Positions 47,614-57,191 of a stretch of 64,000 nt of DNA are shown here, piece by piece (position 1 is the first letter of the stretch; every line of letters begins with the position of its first letter). Both the position numbers and the translations under genes were made by a program. The stretch covers positions 1 to 64,000 of the forward strand of contig JAZDDZ010000008.1 in the NCBI GenBank assembly GCA_043809245.1, in the 5' to 3' direction. Below the pieces are notes generated by a model. It was not told where the DNA came from. It worked only from the letters and a program-made list of their open reading frames with translations, and did not search any database. This stretch comes from Candidatus Iainarchaeum sp. (GTDB taxonomy: Archaea; Iainarchaeota; Iainarchaeia; Iainarchaeales; JAZDDZ01).

Positions 47614-48375
47614 ATGCTCTACTTAATCGGAATCGGCTTGAAGCCAAAGCACCTCACATTGGAGGCGCTTGAGGCGATAAGGGAATGTGACGCAGTGTTT
47701 TTGGAGAATTATACAAGCAAGTACAGTGAAGGCGCGGTCAAGGAATTGGAAGAACTCATCGGAAAAAAAGTGACGCTTTTGGGCAGGCAGCACGTGGAAG
47801 AGCAAAGCCACGAGTTTCTTGCAATGGCTGAAAGGAACAGGATTGCATTTCTGGTTCACGGCAATGTTTTTTCCGCAACCACTCACTCACAGTTAGCGAT
47901 GGATGCAAAAAAGAATGGGGTGAAAATGAAATTCATCCCGGGGATAAGCGTTTTCTCTTACCTTGGAAAGACAGGCCTTGATGAATACAGGTTCGGCAGG
48001 ACAACGACAATTGTTTCGCCTAAAGAAAATTTTGCGCCGGAAAGCTTTTACGACGCGATTGAAAAAAACCAGGCAATGGGGCTGCACACGCTTTGCCTGC
48101 TTGACATTGACTTGGAGGAAAACAGGCTGATGAGCGCAAAAGAAGCAATAGAGCTATTGCTTGCGATTGAAAGAAAGCGGAAAAAAAGCATTGTGAAGAA
48201 ATCGCTGCTCATTCTTGTTGCGGGCGCCGGCTCGGAGAAAGAGAAAATTGCCGCGGGAAGAGCGGAAGAACTGCTCAAGTGCAGGGCGAACGCTTTTCCT
48301 CAGTCGCTTATTGTTTGCGGAAAGCTGACTGCAAAAGAAAAAGAGGTTTTGAAGGAATTTTATGGCAAATGCTGA
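47614..48375 (+). CDS. dph5: Diphthine synthase
   Basis: MLYLIGIGL, ENYTS, ATTH, YRFGRTTT, GLHTLCLLD. Confidence 0.93.
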   Translation: MLYLIGIGLKPKHLTLEALEAIRECDAVFLENYTSKYSEGAVKELEELIGKKVTLLGRQHVEEQSHEFLAMAERNRIAFLVHGNVFSATTHSQLAMDAKKNGVKMKFIPGISVFSYLGKTGLDEYRFGRTTTIVSPKENFAPESFYDAIEKNQAMGLHTLCLLDIDLEENRLMSAKEAIELLLAIERKRKKSIVKKSLLILVAGAGSEKEKIAAGRAEELLKCRANAFPQSLIVCGKLTAKEKEVLKEFYGKC

Positions 48376-48667
48376 AACGCTTGAAATGGAACTCGCGGAG
48401 AAAGTGAAAAAATACCGCTCGCTAACCGAGGAAGCGCTGGAAAAAGTTTTGATTTCAGCGGAAAAAGGTTCGCATGAATTCAAAGTGGCGCAGGATTTCC
48501 TGCAAATGGCAAAAAACTATTTCTCCGATGCAAAGCATTTTGAAGAAAAAAGAGAACTCCTTACTGCGCTCGCGGCTTACAGTTACGCGCACGCATGGCT
48601 TGACGCCGGAATAAGGGCAAGAGTGCTGGACGGAAAAAACGACGAAAGGCTGTTCACTTTGCCTTAA
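48362..48667 (+). CDS. DUF357 protein
   Basis: MAKNYFSDAKHF, YAHAWLDAG; adjacent to dph5. Confidence 0.9.
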   Translation: MANAETLEMELAEKVKKYRSLTEEALEKVLISAEKGSHEFKVAQDFLQMAKNYFSDAKHFEEKRELLTALAAYSYAHAWLDAGIRARVLDGKNDERLFTLP

Positions 48668-48919
48668 TCAGAAAAACGGGCTGCCGAAAACGTCTATCGC
48701 GATTGCTGCGTGCAAAAAGATTGATATGCCCAATAGCCACCAGTAGCGGCAGTGCCTGTTGTAAAACTTCTGGTACCAGCCGTGCTTCATCATCGCGTTA
48801 ACGAATTTTATTCCCGCCATGCAGCGGCATGAGAAAAAAACCATGAGGAAAAAAAGCACGTTGGTTAAGCCGAGAATGTAAACCAGCTTCACTCCAAGTG
48901 CGGGGTCAACGAACGGCAT
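48668..48919 (-). CDS. Small membrane protein
   Basis: Two TM helices, SCRC motif and conserved-looking His residues. Confidence 0.65.
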   Translation of the reverse strand: MPFVDPALGVKLVYILGLTNVLFFLMVFFSCRCMAGIKFVNAMMKHGWYQKFYNRHCRYWWLLGISIFLHAAIAIDVFGSPFF

Positions 48920-48928
48920 TTTTTTCCC

Positions 48929-49375
48929 TCATTCAACTATTATTTTTCCGAAAAACGGCGCCTGCGCGTTCAAGTGGTCGTGGTAAGCCCATTCCCCCAC
49001 CTCGTTGAATGTGAAAGAAAAGCTTTCGCCTTGCGCCAATCCTTTGCATGCATCAAATTTGCTGCCGATGCAGCCGCCTGGTTCAGGGTAAACATTGTGA
49101 GTGGGATGCTGGGCGGAAGCAGGCCAATGAAGTGCGGAATCATTGTTCACAAAATTCACTGTATCACCCTGCTTTATTGTTAATGGGTTTGGGCTGAAGC
49201 CTGATGAGTTAATTTCAACTGTTAAAACAGCGCCTGCTGGCGTGCCATTGCCGTCATTGCCGTTTGCAGGCGGCTGGCTGCTGTCAATGCAGCCAGAAAC
49301 CAGGAAAACCAATCCAAGCGCAAGCATTGCGTAAACCATTCCCTTATACATTTTATTCCTCCTTTTTTCATCCAA
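48929..49375 (-). CDS. Cupredoxin-fold lipoprotein
   Basis: Lipobox VSGC; FSPNPLTIKQGDTV, HWPAS, YHDHL. Confidence 0.8.
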   Translation of the reverse strand: MDEKRRNKMYKGMVYAMLALGLVFLVSGCIDSSQPPANGNDGNGTPAGAVLTVEINSSGFSPNPLTIKQGDTVNFVNNDSALHWPASAQHPTHNVYPEPGGCIGSKFDACKGLAQGESFSFTFNEVGEWAYHDHLNAQAPFFGKIIVE

Positions 49376-49688
49376 GCTTTACCGCGGTACCGTAAGCGAC
49401 AACCTCCGCTGCGTTCTGCATTATTTCCGAGGTCATCAGCCTTACATTTATGACTGCGTCAGCGCCAAGCGCTTCAGCGTCTTTTGTCATTCTCTGCATT
49501 GCCTCTTCCCTTGCCTCGTTCATTGTCGCAAGATACGCGGTTATTTCGCCTCCGAACATTCGCTCTATTCCCGCGACAAAGTGGCCGCCGACTCCCCTGC
49601 TTCTAATGGCGTTTCCTTTTGCGATGCCCAGAACCTGGGAAATTTTTTTGTTCGGAACGAAATCAGTTGTTGTTAAAATCAAATTCAT
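49368..49688 (-). CDS. YbjQ/UPF0145 family protein
   Basis: GGEITAY, LGADAV, EVVAYGTAV. Confidence 0.92.
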   Translation of the reverse strand: MNLILTTTDFVPNKKISQVLGIAKGNAIRSRGVGGHFVAGIERMFGGEITAYLATMNEAREEAMQRMTKDAEALGADAVINVRLMTSEIMQNAAEVVAYGTAVKLG

Positions 49689-49755
49689 CTACCCAAAAAA
49701 ATATAGCACGTTAGGTTTAAAAAACAGAAAAGCCTTCTTTTATAGGAGTGAAAAA

Positions 49756-50223
49756 ATGAGCATCTATGACAAGAAGGCGTTTGGATATGATTTTTCCTAC
49801 AAGAGCCTGAAGGGGCCTTTGACAATTCTTGCAGCGATTATTGCAGTAGCGGTTATTGTCATGCTGTTGTTCACGGCTGCTTCCATATTTCAGCCAAAAG
49901 CATTGGAGATTTCATTTGAAAAAAACCCGTTAAAGCTCGGCGAACAATCGCTGTTGTACGCAAAGGTGTTCAATTCAACGGGAAAAAGCGCTTCAGGCGT
50001 TTTGGTTGAAGTGAATGCAACGGATGAAAAGGCACTGCTTATAAGCGCGGTTGAGCCGAATGACGGAAAAATCTCAGTGATAGGGGAAAACGAGTCAAGG
50101 CAACTGGTTTTTTTGGTGAATCCTACAGGCAGCGCGCTGGAAGGAAAGTACACTGTTACAGCGAAGGCAACGATTAACGGGCAGGAAGCAACTGCGCAGG
50201 CAGTGCTCGAACTGGAGAAATGA
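49756..50223 (+). CDS. Membrane-anchored Ig-like domain protein
   Basis: TM helix followed by a beta-rich domain; start after GGAGTG. Confidence 0.7.
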   Translation: MSIYDKKAFGYDFSYKSLKGPLTILAAIIAVAVIVMLLFTAASIFQPKALEISFEKNPLKLGEQSLLYAKVFNSTGKSASGVLVEVNATDEKALLISAVEPNDGKISVIGENESRQLVFLVNPTGSALEGKYTVTAKATINGQEATAQAVLELEK

Positions 50224-50224
50224 T

Positions 50225-50803
50225 ATGTTTACTGCAGGCAATGCTGCTATAAAAAAAAGGGTTATTGTACCCTCTGCTGAAAGAAAAAAAATGCTAAGCT
50301 TATTGAGGCGCAAACTTCGCAACCCAAGCTTCTTTGAGGAGCTATTCCCATTAGGCTTAGACATTGGTTTTGTAAAAAGCCCGGTAGTTAAAGGTTTTTC
50401 GTTTAATAGAATGCCCCTTGCGATAAAGTATACTGGGGGACAAGCAACCCAAGGTCAAAAATACAGACAATTTAGGAATATTTTTAAGACCTATCACAAG
50501 GCATTGGGGGCTGGACTGATAAAAGCCGAACTGCATATTCTAAGATCGCCTCAGGTATACGGAAGAATAGGAAATTATCTGATTATGGAAAAAATAAATG
50601 AGCTTTTGCCAGCCAATAAAAAAGAAGAGTTAACTCAAAATAATGCATACTTAGAACTTGTAAATAATTTCAGAAAACTTAAGGAAAAAGGGTTAATAAG
50701 AGGCGAAATACAGTTAAATGATTATATGCTTGCGGGCAACACAAATCCTGAAAATCCAGCAAAAGGAAAATGGATAATATTTCACCCATACGACATTCTT
50801 TAA
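50225..50803 (+). CDS. Orphan protein-kinase-like fold protein
   Basis: LAIK, SPQVYG, YLIMEKI, degenerate catalytic loop IQLNDYML, WIIFHPYD. Confidence 0.5.
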   Translation: MFTAGNAAIKKRVIVPSAERKKMLSLLRRKLRNPSFFEELFPLGLDIGFVKSPVVKGFSFNRMPLAIKYTGGQATQGQKYRQFRNIFKTYHKALGAGLIKAELHILRSPQVYGRIGNYLIMEKINELLPANKKEELTQNNAYLELVNNFRKLKEKGLIRGEIQLNDYMLAGNTNPENPAKGKWIIFHPYDIL

Positions 50804-50820
50804 CCACAAAAAATTCTTTT

Positions 50821-51312
50821 TTACACCAGTGTCCCGCCGAACGCAGCTCCGACAAAGTCTCCAATGAAGTGAGTGGCGATTATCACCGCGAAAGCAATGA
50901 CAAGGTGCTCGGCTGCGGCGCCCCAGGGGTTTTCTTTCCGCTGCCTTGCCATCAGAAAGCTGAACAAACCCAAAAGCGAGAGGCCCCATAAAACGCTTAC
51001 AATTATTGCGGTGTTGAGGTCCTTGAAAAAAAGAATCGGCACCGCAAAGGTAAGAGCCACAATGAATTTGGAGAGAAACGTGTAAATCGTTGAAAGCCAG
51101 ACCTCTTTCGCGGTGTGCTGGTTTTCTGATTCCTGCGAAACATGGATTCCAAGAGCATCGGAAAAAGCGTCCGCGACAGCTATTACAAGGATTCCGCCTA
51201 GAACAGCGCCCTCGGAATGCGTGCCGGAATGCAGGCCAACAATAAGCCCCAAAGTCGTGATTATGCCTGAAGTCAGGCCGAAGCTGAAGCCGGTTTTAAG
51301 CGAATGGTCCAT
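50821..51312 (-). CDS. VIT1/CCC1-like membrane protein
   Basis: FGLTSGIITTLG, ADAFSDALGIHVSQE. Confidence 0.8.
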   Translation of the reverse strand: MDHSLKTGFSFGLTSGIITTLGLIVGLHSGTHSEGAVLGGILVIAVADAFSDALGIHVSQESENQHTAKEVWLSTIYTFLSKFIVALTFAVPILFFKDLNTAIIVSVLWGLSLLGLFSFLMARQRKENPWGAAAEHLVIAFAVIIATHFIGDFVGAAFGGTLV

Positions 51313-51404
51313 AGCAAAAAGAGTAATGGCTAAGATTTAAAGGCGTTTTGGGAAGGGGAAAATGGAGGGAAAGCTTTAAATTCTTAACATATGTTTATTT
51401 TCTT

Positions 51405-51782
51405 ATGGCCCTGCGCTTTCCCTGTGAAATGATTGGATGGTATGTACTTCCTGCCGTGAGAAGCGAGCTTGTGGGCTATCTTGTTGAGAAAAAAAAGCTG
51501 AGCAGGAAGGATGTGGCGAAAAGGATCGGATTGACTGAGGCAGCGGTATGCCAGTACCTCGGAAAGAAAAGGGGAAAGAGATTCAAGTTTTCCAAAAAAG
51601 AGCTTGGATTGATTAAAGAGCTTGGGGAAAGCATTGCGGAAGCGGAAAAAAGGCCTGAACTCACATTCCTTTCAGGCACTTGCGCCTTGTGCAAGGAAGT
51701 CAGAAAAGAAAAGGCGCTCTGCAGGATCCATAAAATAGAGGACACTGGGCTTTCCGGATGCAACATTTGCTTTGATGCTTAA
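51405..51782 (+). CDS. Archaeal Cys-rich HTH regulator heading the Fe-S operon
   Basis: FPCE, LPAVR, GLTEAAVCQYL..KRG, CALC, CNIC; AACATATGTT palindrome at 51386-51395. Confidence 0.82.
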   Translation: MALRFPCEMIGWYVLPAVRSELVGYLVEKKKLSRKDVAKRIGLTEAAVCQYLGKKRGKRFKFSKKELGLIKELGESIAEAEKRPELTFLSGTCALCKEVRKEKALCRIHKIEDTGLSGCNICFDA

Positions 51783-51792
51783 AGGTGGAAAA

Positions 51793-53022
51793 ATGAAAAA
51801 GATTTACATGGACCACGGTGCGACAACGCCATTGGATGAGCGTGTGCTTAAGGAAATGAAGCCATATTTTTCGGATAAATTCGGAAATGCCTCTTCACTG
51901 CATTCATTCGGAAGGGAGGCAGCCGCGGCATTGGAGAAAAGCAGGCAAACAATTGCAAAGGCATTGAACGCTGAGACGAATGAAATTATTTTCACCAGCG
52001 GGGGCACTGAAAGCGACAACATCGCGTTGAAGGGAGCTGCTTACGCGAACAAAAGCAAAGGCAACCACATCATAACTAGCGCGATAGAACATCATGCTGT
52101 TATTTACACATGCCAGCAGCTTGAAAAAGAAGGTTTTGAGGTAACATATCTTCCTGTTTCAAGGGACGGGCTGGTTGATGTTAGGGATTTGGAAAAGGCA
52201 ATCACTGATAAGACGATTCTTGTTTCCATAATGCACGCAAACAACGAAATCGGCACAATCCAGCCTGTGAAAGAAATCGGAGTTTTGTGCAGGGAAAAGG
52301 GGGTTTTATTTCACACTGATGCAGTGCAGAGCTTTGGCAAGGTTCCAATTGACGTGAAAAAAATGAACATTGGCCTTCTCTCGGTTTCCGCGCACAAAAT
52401 TTACGGGCCTAAAGGAGTGGGCGCGCTTTACCGAAGAAATGGCACGAATGTGAAAGCGCTTTTTCAGGGCGGAAGCCACGAGTTTCGCTTGAGGCCTGGA
52501 ACTGAAAACGTTGCGGGAATTGTTGGATTGGCTAAGGCATCCGAGCTGGCGCAAAAGGAAATGAAAAAAGAAGGGGAAAGGCTTTCAAAGATGAGGGACA
52601 AATTGATTGCGGGAGTTCTTGAATCAGTTGGGTCCTCGCATTTGAACGGCCATGCAAAGAAAAGGCTGCCGAACAACGCAAATTTTTCATTTGACTTCAT
52701 TGAAGGTGAAAGCCTTTTGATGTTATTGGATGGAAAAGGAGTCGCGGCTTCAACCGGAAGCGCTTGCAGTTCAAAGCAATTGAAGCCATCGCATGTTTTG
52801 ACCTCAATCGGCTTGAGCCATGTTCAGGCGCACGGCTCCTTGAGGCTGACTTTGGGAAAAAGCAATTCAATGAAAGACGTTGATTATGTGTTAAAGGTTT
52901 TGCCGCCTATTGTGAAAAAGCTCAGGAGTTACAGCCCGCTGCAGAAAGGGAATGTTGTTGAGTTTGAGAAAATGGAGGCGGAAGAAGGCCATGGCCATGA
53001 ACACGAGCATTTGGAGGAGTGA
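51793..53022 (+). CDS. iscS: Cysteine desulfurase
   Basis: DHGATTP, SAHKIYGPKG, STGSACSS. Confidence 0.96.
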   Translation: MKKIYMDHGATTPLDERVLKEMKPYFSDKFGNASSLHSFGREAAAALEKSRQTIAKALNAETNEIIFTSGGTESDNIALKGAAYANKSKGNHIITSAIEHHAVIYTCQQLEKEGFEVTYLPVSRDGLVDVRDLEKAITDKTILVSIMHANNEIGTIQPVKEIGVLCREKGVLFHTDAVQSFGKVPIDVKKMNIGLLSVSAHKIYGPKGVGALYRRNGTNVKALFQGGSHEFRLRPGTENVAGIVGLAKASELAQKEMKKEGERLSKMRDKLIAGVLESVGSSHLNGHAKKRLPNNANFSFDFIEGESLLMLLDGKGVAASTGSACSSKQLKPSHVLTSIGLSHVQAHGSLRLTLGKSNSMKDVDYVLKVLPPIVKKLRSYSPLQKGNVVEFEKMEAEEGHGHEHEHLEE

Positions 53023-53025
53023 ATT

Positions 53026-54555
53026 ATGTACCCGAAACAGGTAATGGATGAATTCAGGCACCCAAAAAATCTTGGGGAAATAAAGAACGCAGATGCAATC
53101 GGAAAAGTGGGAAACCCGACCTGTCTTTTGCCTGATACAATTGTGCACGCCAACGATCATTTTGAAAGGATAGATTCGTTGAAAGAATCAGACCGCGTAT
53201 TAGGGCACAATGGGCTTTACAACCAGGTGGAGGAAAAGTTTGCAAGGGCATATTCAGGCGAGCTTATTAAAGTCAAAAATAAGCTGGGCTGCACTTTTTT
53301 AACACCAGAGCATGAAGTATTCGCAGTAAGTGTGCCAAAAAGATGGAAGTTCACTTTCACGAAAAATAAGAAAGCGCTTTCGCCCCAATGGCTGCACGCG
53401 TATGAACTAAAGAAAGGTGATATGGCTGTTTTGCCGGTGCTTAAAGAAGTTGAAGATAAACAATTTATGGAAGTAAAGCAGGAAAGAAAAAGATTTGATT
53501 ACAGAAGTAAAAAAATTCCTGAAAAAATTACGGTTTCCGAAGAATTCCTTAGGCTTTCAGGATATTACCTGGCGGAGGGCTCTTTGAAAGAGAAAATCAC
53601 GAAAACATATGTTTGCTTCACTTTTAACTCAAATGAAGAAGAACTTGTTAAAGATGTTGTGGATATAACCGCAAAAATATTCGGGTTAGAAGCAAAAGTT
53701 CATACAATTCCGCAGAGAAAAACTACTCGCGTGACAATCAATAATATCTGGGTTACAAGGCTATTCAAATCGCTGTTTGGAAAAGGGGCTGCTGAAAAAA
53801 AGCTTCCGCACTGGATGATCCTTCTGCCCCTAGCAAAACAGAAAAGCATTATTTTAGGTTTGTGGAGAGGCGATGGATTCTTTAACCAGAAAAAGCCAAG
53901 GGCAGGATATTCAACGGTCTCACATCAGCTTGCTCTGCAGATAAAGACCCTTTTGCTGCGCCAAGAAATAGTGCCCTCAATTTACACAGAAAAAGAAAAA
54001 ATCTCAAAAGACGGAGTAAAGCACAGGAAGGCATACCGAATACATGTAGGCGATAGAAAATCTGTCGAGAATCTGGCAAAAATTCTTGATTTAGAACTGA
54101 AAACTATAAAACCAGTTTTAATCGATTCATGGTTTAGCAAGGGCATGCTTTTTATTCCAATAAGCGGAATAGAAAGAATAAATTACGAAGGCAAAGTGCA
54201 TAACCTCAAAGTCGAAAATGCCATGTCTTATGTAACTGAATCCCTTACTGTGCACAACTGCGGCGACTTGCTCTGGGTTTACCTGAAAATAGGGAAAAAC
54301 AAAAAAGGAAAAGAAATAATCAAGGACATTAAGGTTAAAACATTCGGTTGCGTTGTTGCAATCGCAAATTCAAGCCTTTTGACTAAAATGGTTAAGGGAA
54401 AAACAATTGAATTCGCGGAAAAGCTCACAAAACAGGATTTGCTGAAAAAGCTCGGAAAAGTGCCTGCAATAAAGGTGCATTGTTCAGTGCTTGCGGTTGA
54501 CGGATTGCAGAACGCGTTAAAGGATTACAGGGAAAAAAAGGGGAAAGGAAAATGA
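53026..54555 (+). CDS. iscU: IscU/NifU-N Fe-S scaffold protein containing an intein
   Basis: GNPT|CGD, TFGC, KVHCSVLA; 130-aa extein. Confidence 0.93.
   Translation: MYPKQVMDEFRHPKNLGEIKNADAIGKVGNPTCLLPDTIVHANDHFERIDSLKESDRVLGHNGLYNQVEEKFARAYSGELIKVKNKLGCTFLTPEHEVFAVSVPKRWKFTFTKNKKALSPQWLHAYELKKGDMAVLPVLKEVEDKQFMEVKQERKRFDYRSKKIPEKITVSEEFLRLSGYYLAEGSLKEKITKTYVCFTFNSNEEELVKDVVDITAKIFGLEAKVHTIPQRKTTRVTINNIWVTRLFKSLFGKGAAEKKLPHWMILLPLAKQKSIILGLWRGDGFFNQKKPRAGYSTVSHQLALQIKTLLLRQEIVPSIYTEKEKISKDGVKHRKAYRIHVGDRKSVENLAKILDLELKTIKPVLIDSWFSKGMLFIPISGIERINYEGKVHNLKVENAMSYVTESLTVHNCGDLLWVYLKIGKNKKGKEIIKDIKVKTFGCVVAIANSSLLTKMVKGKTIEFAEKLTKQDLLKKLGKVPAIKVHCSVLAVDGLQNALKDYREKKGKGK
53122..54258 (+). mobile_element. 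Intein (379 aa) with LAGLIDADG endonuclease
   Basis: Starts CLLPDT; block B LTPEH; GYYLAEG and GLWRGDG; ends VHN with +1 Cys. Confidence 0.94.
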
Positions 54556-55448
54556 AAATCGCGGAAGACGTAATAGGCCTCATTGGGAACACTCAGATGG
54601 TCCGCATCAACGGGCTTAACCCGAACAAAAATGTTTCCATTTATGCAAAGCTTGAGGGAAACAATCCCGGCGGAAGCATCAAGGACAGGATTGCGCTTAA
54701 GATGCTTGAACAGGCGGAAGCAGAGGGAAAACTAAAGAAAGGCAAGACAATCATTGAGCCGACCTCTGGCAACACGGGCATCGGGCTCGCGATGATAGGC
54801 GCAATAAAAGGCTATCCCGTTGAAATAGTGATGAGCGAAGCGGTTTCCATTGAAAGGAGGAAAATGATTCAGGCATTTGGGGGAAAAATTTTGCTGACTG
54901 ACGCAAAGCTTGGCACTGATGGCGCGATAATGAAGGCAAGGGAGCTGGTGAGAAAGAATCCTGAAAAATACTTTATGCCGGACCAGTTTTCCAATGAATA
55001 CAACAAGATAGCCCACTATAAAACGACTGCGGATGAGATCTGGAGGCAGATGGAGGGAAAAATTGATTACTTTGTTTCCGCGATAGGCACTTCAGGCACG
55101 ATAATGGGGGTTGGAAAATATTTGAAGGAAAGAAACCCTGACATCAAAATTGTTTGCGCCGAGCCAACCAAAGGGCATTACATTCAGGGGCTCAAAAACA
55201 TGCAGGAAGCAATTGTCCCCACTATTTATGACGCTTCAAAGATTGATGAAACAATTATGGTGGAAACCGAGACCGCGTTTGAAACCGCGAGAAAAGTCAT
55301 AAAAGAAGAGGGGCTTTTTGTCGGCATGAGCTCTGGCGCTGCAATGTACGCTTCAATGGAAATCGCCAAAAAAATAAGGAAGGGAACAATTGTCACAATT
55401 TTTGCGGACAGGGGAGAAAAGTACCTTACAACGAACTTGTTCAAGTAA
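54552..55448 (+). CDS. cysM: Cysteine synthase (CysK/CysM family)
   Basis: NPGGSIKDR, EPTSGNTG, GTSGT, GMSSGA. Confidence 0.88.
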   Translation: MKIAEDVIGLIGNTQMVRINGLNPNKNVSIYAKLEGNNPGGSIKDRIALKMLEQAEAEGKLKKGKTIIEPTSGNTGIGLAMIGAIKGYPVEIVMSEAVSIERRKMIQAFGGKILLTDAKLGTDGAIMKARELVRKNPEKYFMPDQFSNEYNKIAHYKTTADEIWRQMEGKIDYFVSAIGTSGTIMGVGKYLKERNPDIKIVCAEPTKGHYIQGLKNMQEAIVPTIYDASKIDETIMVETETAFETARKVIKEEGLFVGMSSGAAMYASMEIAKKIRKGTIVTIFADRGEKYLTTNLFK

Positions 55449-55494
55449 AAATAGTTTGGAAAAAGCTTTTATTGTAGATTGCGCCAAATAAGTT

Positions 55495-56145
55495 ATGGGC
55501 GAAAGGATTTTATGGGAAGACCGATATCCCCTAGCAAACCTAGTTTATTTGATAGCCGCGCTAGTTGTTTTAGCTTTAGTGTCAGCAGCACTAATAAGTA
55601 CTGCAATTTTCAGATACAATGACGTGTCAACCGGCAAAACATTTTATTATCAAGGAAGAACCATAACAATAGCGCCCGAAATTGAAGATTTGCAGCCGTC
55701 AACCGCTTTGGTATTTTTTGTTTTATTGGCAGTTATAATAATTTGCTTGGGTTGTTTTGTTTATACAGCCATGTTCTTGGGCCACATCCTGCTTTTTTTT
55801 GAAGAATTTAAAATTCGCGTTGCGGAAAATTCGCTGATTCTCGGCTCATCACTCTTTTTCCCGAAAAAAATAATCGTTCCATTTAAAGGCATTAAAGAAA
55901 TAGAATTTACTTCACTTGGCAAATTAAATAAAACAATAGCCGACTTGGCAGCAGTGGAAAAATTTTTTGCACCTATAACCAAGTTAATAGGAACCTATAC
56001 AGGCGGTAACGAATCAATTAGCCAGCTTCGGTTTCTGCAAATTACCACCCAAGAAAAAACCATAATGCGGGGGATACTTGACTCCAAAAGTTTTATAAGA
56101 AAAATTCCCGAAATAGAAAACATTAAAATAAAAATAAGTGATTGA
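55495..56145 (+). CDS. Hypothetical membrane protein with PH-like tail
   Basis: Two TM helices; AT-rich. Confidence 0.6.
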   Translation: MGERILWEDRYPLANLVYLIAALVVLALVSAALISTAIFRYNDVSTGKTFYYQGRTITIAPEIEDLQPSTALVFFVLLAVIIICLGCFVYTAMFLGHILLFFEEFKIRVAENSLILGSSLFFPKKIIVPFKGIKEIEFTSLGKLNKTIADLAAVEKFFAPITKLIGTYTGGNESISQLRFLQITTQEKTIMRGILDSKSFIRKIPEIENIKIKISD

Positions 56146-56154
56146 TTTTTAATG

Positions 56155-57180
56155 TTATTTCTGCGGCTTGATAATCACTTTCAATGATTCTCCTGCACTA
56201 GCCGTGAGCTGAAAGCCTTTAGCCGTTTCCGCAAGAGGCAGCCTGTGTGAAACCATTTCCTTGACATTCACTTTTTTTTCCGCAATCAAGGAAAGCGCTT
56301 CAGTAAGGTCCTCGTTTACAGCGGCGTAAGAGGAAACAAGGTTCACGCCCCTGCACCAAAAATCATTCAATGGCACTTCAATTTTTGCATCGGGAGCGGG
56401 AGGCGCGAAAACAAGGATTGTTCCGCCGCGTTCAACTGATTCAAATGCCTGCTTGAACGCGGAAGTTGCGCCTGCGCAGACAATTACAAGGTCGGCGAGT
56501 TTTCCAGAATTCGCTTCCTTCAATTTTTCTGGTGAAAATTCTTTTGCACTCCAAACTTTTTCTGCGCCGAATTTTTTCGCGGCATTCAGGCGATAATCAT
56601 TTATGTCAGTGGCAAAAACTTTTTTTGCGCCATTTGCTTTAGCGAGCTGGATGTGCAGCAAGCCTGAAATTCCCGAACCTAGCACAAGAACAGAATAGCC
56701 TTTCTGCATTCCCGCTAGCCTTTGGGCCCTTACAACGCAGCCAAGCGGTTCAATGAAAGTTGCTTCCTCGAATGAAACAGTTGAGAGCAGCTTCAGCACG
56801 CCTGTTTCAAGGTTTGCTGCGGGAATCTTAAGGTATTCGGCAAAACCGCCAGGAAAAAAGTTTGTTGAGCGCAGGGTTTCACAGGAAGTGTGCCTTCCGG
56901 TTTTGCAGTTAAAGCAGCGGTTGCAGGGAACATGGTGGGTTGCAAAAACCCTGTCTCCTTTCTTGAATTGCGTTACGCCTTTTCCGGCTTCAACTATTTC
57001 TCCGGCAACTTCGTGCCCTAAAACCAATGGCGCCTTTTTTTTGCGGTACCATTCCATTACATCGGAACCACAGATGCCTGAAGCCATTACTTTCAGAAGC
57101 AGTTCGCCTTCGCCTGCTTTAGGCACAGGCATTTCCTTAAGGCGCAAATCACTGTTGCTGTAATAAATTGCGGCGCGCAT
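56155..57180 (-). CDS. Zn-dependent medium-chain (sorbitol/threonine-type) dehydrogenase
   Basis: GICGSD, GHE, CxxCxxC...C, GSGISG. Confidence 0.9.
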   Translation of the reverse strand: MRAAIYYSNSDLRLKEMPVPKAGEGELLLKVMASGICGSDVMEWYRKKKAPLVLGHEVAGEIVEAGKGVTQFKKGDRVFATHHVPCNRCFNCKTGRHTSCETLRSTNFFPGGFAEYLKIPAANLETGVLKLLSTVSFEEATFIEPLGCVVRAQRLAGMQKGYSVLVLGSGISGLLHIQLAKANGAKKVFATDINDYRLNAAKKFGAEKVWSAKEFSPEKLKEANSGKLADLVIVCAGATSAFKQAFESVERGGTILVFAPPAPDAKIEVPLNDFWCRGVNLVSSYAAVNEDLTEALSLIAEKKVNVKEMVSHRLPLAETAKGFQLTASAGESLKVIIKPQK

Positions 57181-57191
57181 AAATTCGCCTT

